Part shown: piece by piece, positions 18,114-27,667 of the stretch
How the letters are laid out: every line of letters begins with the position of its first letter
How positions within the stretch are numbered: position 1 is the stretch's first letter
NCBI GenBank assembly: GCA_016841605.1
Contig: JAENYV010000003.1
Coordinates: forward strand, 9,064 to 73,063
From: Dethiobacter alkaliphilus
GTDB taxonomy: Bacteria; Bacillota; Dethiobacteria; DTU022; UBA8154
Direction: 5' to 3'
Length of the DNA: 64,000 nucleotides
Notes under the pieces: generated by a model
Databases searched by the model: none
The model's input: only the letters and a program-made list of their open reading frames with translations
What the model was told of the DNA's origin: nothing
Made by a program: the position numbers and the translations under genes

Positions 18114-18902
18114 ATGAGCAAAATGATTAGTTACAATCGCTTAAACTGTGACGCCCGTGATATCAAACAGGCAAAAGAACAACTAGTTTTGGCCAGCCGC
18201 ATACTTGCCAACGAGGAAATTCTGGATGGTCTCGGCCATATAAGTATCAGAAACCCTGAAAACCCTGATACTTTCTTGCAGAGCAGATCTCTTTCTCCCG
18301 AGTTTATTACCATGGACGATATTATGGAAATTGCTATGGACGGTACTGTTGTGGTCGGTATCGAAGGAAAAAAACCTTACGGTGAGCGCATACTGCACGG
18401 TGCTATCTTAGAAGCGCGTCCCGATTTAGGATGTGTATTCCATGGCCATCCCTTGGCACTTATTCCTTTCACCGTCTGCAAAGATATGCCCTTAAAACCC
18501 GTAATGAACTATGGTGCAATCTTCTATAACGGTTATAGTTACTATGATGACTCCGATGTTAGTAGCGGAACTATTATCGTAACTCCCGAAGAAGGTGCAC
18601 GCGTTGCCCGAGCAATGGGCGACAAATATGCTTGTCTGCTCCGTGGACACGGCGTGGTAACCGGTGCACAAAATATTCCTCAGCTGGTGCTTGACACAAT
18701 TCTTTTAACTAAAAACGCTGAAGTACAGCTGCGTATCGAAGCTACCGGTAAAGAGCCTAAGCTTACCACCGGTGAAGAAGGCAGGGCTTACAGAACAATT
18801 ATGCATGGTGACAACGCTTTGCTCCGCTGCTGGAACTATTATGTTGACCGAGCTAAAAAGGCTATGCCCGACATTCGTGATCTGCAGGGTTTAGGTATGT
18901 AA
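18114..18902 (+). CDS. class II aldolase/adducin-family protein
   Basis: LILASRILANEEILDGLGHISIR plus the GHPLALIPF His motif; AGGAGTGG RBS at 18114. Confidence 0.75.
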   Translation: MSKMISYNRLNCDARDIKQAKEQLVLASRILANEEILDGLGHISIRNPENPDTFLQSRSLSPEFITMDDIMEIAMDGTVVVGIEGKKPYGERILHGAILEARPDLGCVFHGHPLALIPFTVCKDMPLKPVMNYGAIFYNGYSYYDDSDVSSGTIIVTPEEGARVARAMGDKYACLLRGHGVVTGAQNIPQLVLDTILLTKNAEVQLRIEATGKEPKLTTGEEGRAYRTIMHGDNALLRCWNYYVDRAKKAMPDIRDLQGLGM

Positions 18903-18981
18903 TTTGATTCTAAAATAAATATTTATAGTACGGGAATGTATTTATGAATTTATTTTTTATCTTGTCCAAGGGAGGATATCT

Positions 18982-20853
18982 ATGAATAATTTTCAAAAAC
19001 AATTTTTAAATATTTTTACAAAAATAATTGCAGTTGGGTTTAGTTTATGGCAGTTATATACGTTAAGTTTTGGTAGGATAGACCCTGTTCTCTCCAGACG
19101 GCTTTTTGTTGTTTGGTTGCTTTTACTTATATACTTGCTTGAATTGAATAAGCCTCAAAAAAAATATTATACAGCAAATTTAGTTTTTAATTATGTAGGG
19201 ATTATTTCTTCAATTTTAATTGGTTGGTATTGTTTTGCTAATTTTGAACGATTGGCTACTCGCTGGGCGATGGTTAGTCCTGTAACAAATGCTGATATTT
19301 TGGTAGGGATAGTACTAATTTTATTAATTTTCATTGGAGTAAAACGATATGCAGGTTGGCCTCTTGTAGGAATAGGATTAGGTTTTATTTGTTATGGTTT
19401 TATTGGTAAATTTTTAGGTTTTAAGTATTTTCCACTTGCAAAAATTATTGATCAATTAACCCTTACTTTTTACGGAATTTATAGTACTCCCATTGGTGTT
19501 GCATCGACAATTGTTTTCTCTTTTGTTCTCTTTGGAACTTTTTTACGTAATGCCGGAGGAGGGGAATTTTTTGTTTCTTTAGCTAATCGACTTCTAGGCA
19601 AAAGTAGAGGAGGCCCTGCAAAAGTAGCTGTATTTGGTAGCCTTTTGATGGGATCTATATCCGGAAGCGCCAGCGCCAACGTTGTAACTACAGGAACTGT
19701 TACTATTCCATTGATGAAAAAAATTGGACTTCCGGCAGAATTTGCAGGAGCAGTTGAAGCAGTAGCATCTACCGGAGGCGCAATTATGCCTCCAGTCATG
19801 GGAAGTGCTGCTTTTATAATGTCGGAATTAACTGGAATTTCATATATAACAATTGTAGGTGCAGCTTTAATTCCTGCAATATTATTTTATATTGCCCTTT
19901 TTATTAGTATTGATCTTAAATCTGCAAAACTCGGTATAAAAGGCTCAAATATTATTGAAAAAATTCCTGCCATGGAGTTAATTATTGGGTGTGTTGTTTT
20001 TTTAACACCTTTAGTTATTATTTTCATTCTTCTTATAAAAGGTTTTTCACCGGCAAGAACCGGTGTAATTGCAACTGCAATTTTGATTATATTAAGCTGG
20101 ATAAGTAACAAAACACGATTAACCCCAATTAAAATACTAAAAAGCCTTGAAGAAACATCAAAAGGTATGCTTATGGTAATGTTAGCCTGTGGTGCGGCTG
20201 GAATAGTACTAGGTATGATTAGTATAACCGGCATAGCCAGCCATCTTATTGGTACCATGATGGTTACTTTCCACAGTTCAGTAATGCCTCTTTTAATAAT
20301 TACCATGATAATTAACATTATTTTAGGAATGGGAATGCCGAATTCAGCAACTTATATTCTTGTTGCTGCCCTGATGGCACCTGCTTTAATAAATTTAGGG
20401 ATACCGGTGCTTATAGCCCATTTGTTTATTATTTTCTTTTCATCAATGTCACATATCACACCGCCTGTTATGGTAGCTGGTTATGTTGCTTCAGCTTTAG
20501 CTGAAGCTGAGCCGATGAAATTAGGTTTAAATAACCTTCGTTTGGCATTTATTGCCTTTATTGTACCATACTTTATGGTTTATGAGCCTGCTCTTATAGG
20601 ACATGATCATTTTCTGCTCGTTATTCTAGCGTTTCTTTCCTCTTGTGTGGGTATTTATTTTATCGTTACATCGTTTGAGGGTTGGTTTGTTCATAATCAA
20701 CCTACGTTATATAGAATTATATGGATGATAAGTGGTTTACTTTTACTCTATCCCGGTTACCTTACGGATATCATAGGCCTTTTTATGGGTTCAATGCTTA
20801 TCTTGATTGTATTAAGAAAAGCAAGAACTATAGATTCAGTCCGTTTAAATTGA
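18982..20853 (+). CDS. TRAP transporter fused 4TM/12TM permease (TAXI-type)
   Basis: 623-aa polytopic protein; GGGAGG RBS; a TAXI receptor gene follows. Confidence 0.85.
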   Translation: MNNFQKQFLNIFTKIIAVGFSLWQLYTLSFGRIDPVLSRRLFVVWLLLLIYLLELNKPQKKYYTANLVFNYVGIISSILIGWYCFANFERLATRWAMVSPVTNADILVGIVLILLIFIGVKRYAGWPLVGIGLGFICYGFIGKFLGFKYFPLAKIIDQLTLTFYGIYSTPIGVASTIVFSFVLFGTFLRNAGGGEFFVSLANRLLGKSRGGPAKVAVFGSLLMGSISGSASANVVTTGTVTIPLMKKIGLPAEFAGAVEAVASTGGAIMPPVMGSAAFIMSELTGISYITIVGAALIPAILFYIALFISIDLKSAKLGIKGSNIIEKIPAMELIIGCVVFLTPLVIIFILLIKGFSPARTGVIATAILIILSWISNKTRLTPIKILKSLEETSKGMLMVMLACGAAGIVLGMISITGIASHLIGTMMVTFHSSVMPLLIITMIINIILGMGMPNSATYILVAALMAPALINLGIPVLIAHLFIIFFSSMSHITPPVMVAGYVASALAEAEPMKLGLNNLRLAFIAFIVPYFMVYEPALIGHDHFLLVILAFLSSCVGIYFIVTSFEGWFVHNQPTLYRIIWMISGLLLLYPGYLTDIIGLFMGSMLILIVLRKARTIDSVRLN

Positions 20854-20953
20854 ACAATTTATTAAAAGGAGATGGAAAAATGAGTTTAAAAACGCAATAA
20901 CTATTAATTTAAGTCCGTTTAAATTAAATAATTTTTTAAAAGGAGATGTAAAA

Positions 20954-22024
20954 ATGGGTTCAAAAAGGTATTGGTTAATTAGGTTATTATTTGTATTTCT
21001 TATTGGGTTTGTCTATATAGCAGGTTGTAGCCCCAATGAAAAGGATATTTCACAACAAGGTAGTTCCACCGAAAAGGATGCTTTACAGCAAGGTGAAGGA
21101 CAAGGTAACGAAAAGGATTTTACGCTGGAATTAACAATAGCTATGGCAAGTCCGGGAGGCGTATGGCAGGCAATATGTGAAGGTGCTGCTCAGGCAATCA
21201 GGCAGGAATATCCAGGGTCAAGGATCGAAGTAATTTCTGGAAGTATGGGGGGTAATGCAGTAAGTGTTCAGGAAAAAACTGTTAGCTTTGCTTTATCCCA
21301 TGCTCCAAATGCAAGGCTTGCTATAAACGGATCCCCTCCATACGATAGCAAAAATCCGGACATTATGGGACTTTCAGCAGTATATATTGGACCCCTTCAT
21401 TTTTTGGTACCCGTAGATAGTCCAATTTATTCTTTTAAAGATATTAAGGAAAATAAATATCCGGTAAAAATGTCAATAAATTCAAAAGGATCAACCGTAG
21501 AATTTCTTTCGGAAGCAGTTTTTAAACAAAATGGTATTACTATTGACGATATTAAAAGTTGGGGAGGAGAGATTTCGTACTTATCAACTGCAGACGGTTT
21601 TTCGTATCTTCGTGAGAAAGTTTACAATATGGGTACTCTTTGTTCATATTTACCAAGTACTCAAGTTTTAGAACTTTCTTCCGGTTTAGATATTAGATTA
21701 ATTTCTCTAGAAGAAGATACAATTGACAATATATGCAAAAATTATGGGACGGTAAGATCGGTGATTCCTGGAGGTGTTTATTCATTTCAAAACGAAGAAA
21801 CAATTACTGTTGGAAGCCCAAATATCTTTATAACTAACAAAGATATGCCTGATGAAGTTGCATATAAAATCGTTGAGGCATTGGATAAGCAGCGCGATTA
21901 TCTCGGTAATGTCCATGAAACTTTTAAAACTCTCACACTAGAAAAAATGTTTAAAGATATGGGTGACATTCCCGTACATCCTGGTGCGTTAAAATATTAT
22001 CAGGAACATGGGGTTGTTAACTAA
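20954..22024 (+). CDS. TAXI-family TRAP transporter solute receptor (lipoprotein)
   Basis: Lipobox IAGCSPNEKD; TAXI-like fold; AAGGAG RBS. Confidence 0.8.
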   Translation: MGSKRYWLIRLLFVFLIGFVYIAGCSPNEKDISQQGSSTEKDALQQGEGQGNEKDFTLELTIAMASPGGVWQAICEGAAQAIRQEYPGSRIEVISGSMGGNAVSVQEKTVSFALSHAPNARLAINGSPPYDSKNPDIMGLSAVYIGPLHFLVPVDSPIYSFKDIKENKYPVKMSINSKGSTVEFLSEAVFKQNGITIDDIKSWGGEISYLSTADGFSYLREKVYNMGTLCSYLPSTQVLELSSGLDIRLISLEEDTIDNICKNYGTVRSVIPGGVYSFQNEETITVGSPNIFITNKDMPDEVAYKIVEALDKQRDYLGNVHETFKTLTLEKMFKDMGDIPVHPGALKYYQEHGVVN

Positions 22025-22157
22025 TATAATGTAATTTTCTTGATAATGCGTCTAGTACTTTTGATGATGTAGTTGATCCGGTAGCTATTAGCCACAAGGC
22101 TGTTAAGAGATGATAAAGAACAAGTAAAGGGCATTATCAATGTTAAGGAGGTTTACG

Positions 22158-23609
22158 ATGGCTGAAAAAAGCTTAGTTACATATAAGGATCTTCGTGAGT
22201 TTCTGGAAATGGTTAAAGAAATCGGAGAACTAAAAGTAGTCGAAGGTGCTTCCTCGGAGGAAGATATAGGTATGGCTGCGGAACTTCTTCACAAGACTTC
22301 CGGCAGTCCCGCGGTACTGTTTGACAATATCCCCGGTTACCCTTCAGGATATAGAGTTTTAGTCAATGCTTTAAGAACTGAAGAAAGACTTGCTATTACA
22401 ATAGGGTTACCTCAGCATCTAAGTAAGCTTGAACTAAGTGAAGCTATGAACAGAAAATTTAAAGAAAATAAACCCATTCCACCGGAATATGTGGATGACG
22501 GGCCTATTTTAGAAAATGTGCATATAGGTGATGATGTAAACGTACTGGAATTTCCAGCTCCTTTTTGGCATGAATTTGACGGAGGCCGTTATATCGGAAC
22601 CGGAAGCTATGATATTACGATTGATCCAGATGAAAAATGGGTTAATTTAGGGACCTATCGGGTAATGGTTGATGACGAAAAACATGTATTCTTTTTTATT
22701 TCTCCCGGTAAACAAGGGCGTATCCACAGAGATAAATATTTTGCCGGAAAAGAGCCCTGCCCTGTAGCAGTGGTAGTCGGAGGTGACCCCCTGCTGTATC
22801 TTGCCGGATGTACCGAACTGCCATATGGTCTAAGCGAATATAATTGGGCGGGTGGAGTACGGGGAGAACCTTTTAAGGTAATAAAGGGCAAATTTACCGG
22901 CCTTCCTATTCCTGCTAATGCAGAGATCGTTTTAGAAGGTTTTGCTCACTATGATGACTTGAAGGAAGAGGGTCCTTTTGGAGAATGGACTGGATATTAT
23001 GCCAGTGGTTCACGTCGTGAACCCAGAATTGAAGTTAAGGCAATTTATCATCGCAATAATCCGATTATTTTAGGATGCCCTCCTAATAGGCCCCCTGATG
23101 AAATTGCCTTTTACCGTGCTTTTATGCGTTCTCCCTTACTTAAAGAAGAGATGGAAAAAGCAGGTGTCCCGGACATTAAAGCTGTTTGGGGTCATGAAGT
23201 CGGAAGCTCACGTTTGTTATTGGCAGTTGCCATAAAGCAGCGCTATCCGGGGCATGCAATGCAGGCCGGTCATATAGCTTCTCAATGTCATGTGGGGGCT
23301 TATTGTGGGCGCTATATAATTGTAGTGGATGAAGATGTGGATGTTACCGACCTTGATGAATTGATGTGGGCAGTGTGTACACGGTCAGATCCCGCTACTT
23401 CTATCGATATCATTAATCGGGCCTGGAGCACTCATCTCGATCCCCGTATTAGTCCTGAAGATAAGGAAAAGGGAAGACTGTGGAATTCCAGAGCAATAAT
23501 TGACGCAACTAGGCCTTACGACTGGAAAGATGATTTTCCTCGTGTTAATATCCCCAGTCCTGAGCGCAGAAAAAAAACTTTGGATAAGTGGGGATATCTC
23601 CTTAAGTAA
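22158..23609 (+). CDS. UbiD-family (prFMN-dependent) aromatic acid decarboxylase/carboxylase
   Basis: Typical UbiD N-terminus (YKDLREFLEMVKEIGEL) and conserved core; AAGGAGG RBS at 22158. Confidence 0.85.
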   Translation: MAEKSLVTYKDLREFLEMVKEIGELKVVEGASSEEDIGMAAELLHKTSGSPAVLFDNIPGYPSGYRVLVNALRTEERLAITIGLPQHLSKLELSEAMNRKFKENKPIPPEYVDDGPILENVHIGDDVNVLEFPAPFWHEFDGGRYIGTGSYDITIDPDEKWVNLGTYRVMVDDEKHVFFFISPGKQGRIHRDKYFAGKEPCPVAVVVGGDPLLYLAGCTELPYGLSEYNWAGGVRGEPFKVIKGKFTGLPIPANAEIVLEGFAHYDDLKEEGPFGEWTGYYASGSRREPRIEVKAIYHRNNPIILGCPPNRPPDEIAFYRAFMRSPLLKEEMEKAGVPDIKAVWGHEVGSSRLLLAVAIKQRYPGHAMQAGHIASQCHVGAYCGRYIIVVDEDVDVTDLDELMWAVCTRSDPATSIDIINRAWSTHLDPRISPEDKEKGRLWNSRAIIDATRPYDWKDDFPRVNIPSPERRKKTLDKWGYLLK

Positions 23610-23900
23610 AAAGTTCATTACAACATATTTTAAATGAATGTAAGCTATGATAAGTCCAAGCAGTAACGCTGTTTTTTGTTTCATCCGGTTTGTTTTCAGC
23701 GTTGCGTATTGAACATTCTTCCGGTTTAAGTTATGTTTTATCTTTTAAAGCGGTGTCGTACCAGTTTTGCTCTTGCTGGGACAGACGCCGCTGCTCTGTA
23801 TTACTTACACCGGAAATAATTATGTCAAGTACCAATGAATAATAATACTTTGCGTCGCTATCAAATAAAAATAAGACTATAAAGCCCTTGCTATAACTCA

Positions 23901-24689
23901 CTAAGGCCTTTCAAATGATTTATCTAAAAATTCTCCACCCCCAAAATTAATTGATATTTTTTTTGCAGAATCAACTAAAATTGAAGCTATTTCTTTAATG
24001 CCGGCCTGCTTAATACGGTCGACCGGGCCAACAACTGATACAGAAGCTATCACATTACCTGAATATCCCCATATAGGTGCTGATACTCCTGCCCCCCCTA
24101 TCGTTCTTTCTTCAATACCAACTGCATATCCTTCCTTTCGAACAATTGCCAGTTCATCCTTTAAAGTATCTATATCAGTAAAGGTTTTGTTTTGTAGATT
24201 ATTTTTCTTTACAATAGCTTCGACTTTTTTTTCATCTATATATGCTAAAATAACCTTGCCTGAACTGCCGATATGTGCCGGTAAGGCTTGACCTATTTGT
24301 ATTGCGGGGCGTAACCCTTGAGGTCCATTAATTTTTTCAATACATATTTTAAATGAATCCGAAAGAACACTTAATAGAACAGTCTCCCCAGTTTTATAAA
24401 CAAGTTCTTGCATAAAAGGCAAAGCTACGGCACGTAATTCTAAAGAATTCCTAACAACATTACCCAGTTGGAAAATAACCATTCCTAAACTATAAGTTTC
24501 TCGGAAATTATTTTTTACTAGTAAACCTTCTTCTTCTAATGATTTAGCAATTCTGTGAACAGTACTTTTATGCAAACCAAGCATTTTACTAAGTTCAATT
24601 AAACTTAGTTCACTATTATCAAAACTAAAACACTTTAAAAGCTTTGCAGCCCTGTTAATTGCTCTAATTGTATAATCACCTTTAGCCAT
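23901..24689 (-). CDS. IclR-family transcriptional regulator
   Basis: N-terminal HTH (LSLIELSKMLGLHKSTVHRIAKSLEEEG) plus a C-terminal effector domain. Confidence 0.85.
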   Translation of the reverse strand: MAKGDYTIRAINRAAKLLKCFSFDNSELSLIELSKMLGLHKSTVHRIAKSLEEEGLLVKNNFRETYSLGMVIFQLGNVVRNSLELRAVALPFMQELVYKTGETVLLSVLSDSFKICIEKINGPQGLRPAIQIGQALPAHIGSSGKVILAYIDEKKVEAIVKKNNLQNKTFTDIDTLKDELAIVRKEGYAVGIEERTIGGAGVSAPIWGYSGNVIASVSVVGPVDRIKQAGIKEIASILVDSAKKISINFGGGEFLDKSFERP

Positions 24690-24956
24690 TAGTTTCCTCC
24701 TTTGATAATAGGTTTACTTTTAAAAATTTTGAGGGTTTTTTACTTCTTATTCCAAGGCTGCTTCACCTCATTTTTCCCAGCTAATATTTTTAAATTTATC
24801 CAGTGTATAGTTATATAATTGTTGTTGATTGTAACTGTCGTTTCCCTTAAACTTTATCATATCAAATAAACTGTTCCATGTCGCCGCTAAAATCGAAATA
24901 TTATCAATGTTTTCATCTAATCTTACTTTATGTTAGAAATGTCCTCCCTGCTGTGC

Positions 24957-25637
24957 CTAATATTTGTGGGTTAAGATCTCGATTACCTTTTTAGTGCTAA
25001 CAACTGTCGCATATTTGGAATTCATGTCAAACAAATTGACTAAATGGGGTATTTCTGCCCGATCAAATACCCCGTCTTCCACTACAACTACCTCAAAACC
25101 ACTTGAAAATCCATCTGTTACTGTAGCTCTTACACACCCTGAAGTAGTACAACCTGTCACCAAAAGAGTATCAATTTTCTGACGGTACAGATAACTTCTC
25201 AGCGGCGTTTCAAAAAAAGCACTAGCCTTTGTCTTTTTTATAATTAATTCATCTTCTTGTGGAGCAATTTCATCAACTATTAAATTATATTGAGGGTCAT
25301 AGGCCGTTTGAGGACGTGTTGTAGTAGGTCCGAAATATTTTGCTTTACCACCTTGAGGAACATCAAGAGGAACAATAAATACAATGCCAATATCTTTTTC
25401 TCTACATACTTTTAGTAAAGCAGCTATATTAGTTATTTCATTTTCTACTGAACATGCCATTGGATGATCCGTTTGAATCTTTGCATTATTACTTTTTACT
25501 TGACGTTTTAGCACATCAATTATAAGTAATGCAATGTTACCTCCTAAACTTAATTCGCCTTTTACAAATCCGGCTTTTTTGTAAATAGCTCTTTCTTTCT
25601 CCGGTATAATTTCTTCCCACTTATGCACAATAATCAC
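24957..25637 (-). CDS. isochorismatase-family cysteine hydrolase (amidase-like)
   Basis: LLIIDV...K...CG(C)TTSGCVRAT catalytic triad context; GTG start likely. Confidence 0.65.
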   Translation of the reverse strand: MIIVHKWEEIIPEKERAIYKKAGFVKGELSLGGNIALLIIDVLKRQVKSNNAKIQTDHPMACSVENEITNIAALLKVCREKDIGIVFIVPLDVPQGGKAKYFGPTTTRPQTAYDPQYNLIVDEIAPQEDELIIKKTKASAFFETPLRSYLYRQKIDTLLVTGCTTSGCVRATVTDGFSSGFEVVVVEDGVFDRAEIPHLVNLFDMNSKYATVVSTKKVIEILTHKY

Positions 25638-25754
25638 TCCCTAAAATTTAGTTTTTCTTAAACATACTTACTCATGCTTCCTTAAAAATTTACATAAGGT
25701 ACTTTCGGAGTGTACTCTTGGAATGAAAAAATAAGTTAAATATTGGTTTTGGAA

Positions 25755-27134
25755 TTAACCATAACGTCCAACATTACCCCTTGCTAATGATGTGAAGATG
25801 CCACAGATACAAAAGATAGTAAAAAGTAGAAAAGTAATTTTTATACTAAATAAAAAAAGGTGGGGGGATTGAGGTATTGTTGAAGTCTTTCCCATGACAA
25901 TGTTAAATATCAACATGACGATACCCATACTAAATAGTTGACCCATTTTTCGCATAGTAGAAAGTATTGCCGAAGCCACTCCAAAATATTTCTTTTCAAC
26001 AGAGTTCATAACTGCATTTGTATTAGGAGATACAAAAAGAGCAAAACCAAAGCCAATGACTAATAGGCTAAACACTACAAAAAACATAGATGTTTGTGCA
26101 TTTAAGAATATTAAAGGTACTAGTCCCACAGCTAAAACCGCCATACCGGCAGAAGATAAAACCCTTGGTTGAATTCTATCGGAAAGTTTCCCTGCCAGAG
26201 GTGAGAAAAAAACCATCACAATCGGCTGGGACATTAGAATCAAACCTGCAGTTTGAGGACTCAGGTCTTTAATATACTGGAGATAAAGACTAAGGAGAAA
26301 ACCTATGGCAAAGGTTGCGCTATAATTAATTAATGCTGCAAGATTAGAAAAAGCAAAAACCCTATTATTTATGAAAAGTTTCATATTTAAAACAGGAGTC
26401 TCAACCCTCATTTCCCACCTAATGAAAAATAATATACCCAGGATTCCTGCAAAAAACAAACAAATACCAAACAATTCCGGTATAAGGGTCAGACCATACA
26501 CTATTAATAGCAGCGAAATGCAATAAATTAGTAAACCAATGACATCAAGATTTTCTCCATCTGCTTCAATCCACTCTCCTTTTAATTGACAAAAGACAAG
26601 ATAAAATGATAGCAATCCAAACGGAACAATAAAAATAAATATACTTCTCCACCCAAAGTTTTGGGTTAGCACACCCCCCAGCACAGGCCCGAGAGAAAGC
26701 CCCAGGTAAACGATAGTAATGTTTATTCCCAAAGCCCAACCTCTCTCACCTGGTGAAAAAACTGAAGTCAGTATAGCAACACCTGTCGAAAAGATCATCG
26801 CACTTCCGACTCCTTGGAAAAATCTAAATAAAAGAAGAGGGAGGACAGATGTAGAGATCGCACAAAGAAAAGAAAAGAAGGTAAAAATTAAAATACCATA
26901 AATAAAAATTAATTTTCTCCCATAAATATCCGAAATTTTTCCAAATGGAACAAGAAATATTACTGCAGGTAAAATAAATGAAGTTGTGATCCAGCCTAAT
27001 AAAATTGCATCTATTAAAAATTCTTCTCCGATTGAAGGAAGGGCAATATTAATGGATGAACTCATGAAAGGTGTTAAAAAAGAAGCAAACGCTGCAACAA
27101 TTAAAGCAACTTTTTTATTTTTATCTATTAACAT
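25755..27134 (-). CDS. MFS transporter (14-TM, DHA2-like)
   Basis: 459-aa polytopic protein with MFS signature loops. Confidence 0.8.
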   Translation of the reverse strand: MLIDKNKKVALIVAAFASFLTPFMSSSINIALPSIGEEFLIDAILLGWITTSFILPAVIFLVPFGKISDIYGRKLIFIYGILIFTFFSFLCAISTSVLPLLLFRFFQGVGSAMIFSTGVAILTSVFSPGERGWALGINITIVYLGLSLGPVLGGVLTQNFGWRSIFIFIVPFGLLSFYLVFCQLKGEWIEADGENLDVIGLLIYCISLLLIVYGLTLIPELFGICLFFAGILGILFFIRWEMRVETPVLNMKLFINNRVFAFSNLAALINYSATFAIGFLLSLYLQYIKDLSPQTAGLILMSQPIVMVFFSPLAGKLSDRIQPRVLSSAGMAVLAVGLVPLIFLNAQTSMFFVVFSLLVIGFGFALFVSPNTNAVMNSVEKKYFGVASAILSTMRKMGQLFSMGIVMLIFNIVMGKTSTIPQSPHLFLFSIKITFLLFTIFCICGIFTSLARGNVGRYG

Positions 27135-27150
27135 GTTTACATCTCCGAAT

Positions 27151-27208
27151 GGTTTGGTGTGTATTTATCCAAACTAAGTTTCCGTAAAGATAAAAAACAC
27201 ACCGAACC
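27151..27208 (-). promoter_or_regulatory. 12-bp inverted repeat (GGTTTGGTGTGT ... ACACACCGAACC) directly upstream of the MFS RBS
   Basis: Arms separated by 34 nt; the 3-prime arm ends 8 nt before the GGAG RBS of gene 25755-27134. Confidence 0.3.
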
Positions 27209-27255
27209 ACCCTTTCTGCTGCAATATCCGGCTATAACTAATTCTTAATTCTTTT

Positions 27256-27591
27256 TTAACCGATTTTTTTATCCCAGTCCACGATCAGGTCTTTAATAAT
27301 TTCATAACCTTTAAGAGGTTCCAGCGTGTATTCCTCTTTTTCAATCACCTTTATACAGGTGTGCACCGGATGACCGTCAACCAGCATGCGGCATGAATTA
27401 CAATACTGAACACCACAGCAGTATTGACGGAAGCCTAAAGTCGGATCTATTTCTTCATAAATATATTGCAGGGCCTGAAGAATGGTCATTTTACCTTTAA
27501 CCGGAACTTTGTAGGTCTCATACCCCGGCTTGTTTTCCAGACCTGCGGTATATCGGTAAATAGTAATGGTTACATTGTCGACATCCTTCAT
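27256..27591 (-). CDS. 2Fe-2S ferredoxin-like subunit (SdhB/FrdB N-terminal domain only)
   Basis: 111 aa with CCGVQYCNSC...C cysteines; lacks the C-terminal 4Fe-4S/3Fe-4S domain of canonical SdhB. Confidence 0.6.
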   Translation of the reverse strand: MKDVDNVTITIYRYTAGLENKPGYETYKVPVKGKMTILQALQYIYEEIDPTLGFRQYCCGVQYCNSCRMLVDGHPVHTCIKVIEKEEYTLEPLKGYEIIKDLIVDWDKKIG

Positions 27592-27667
27592 TATTTATCA
27601 TCCTCACTCTGACTCAGTCGTAAAGGATATCCCGCTATCCGGATATTTATAATGACAGCGCGACACC

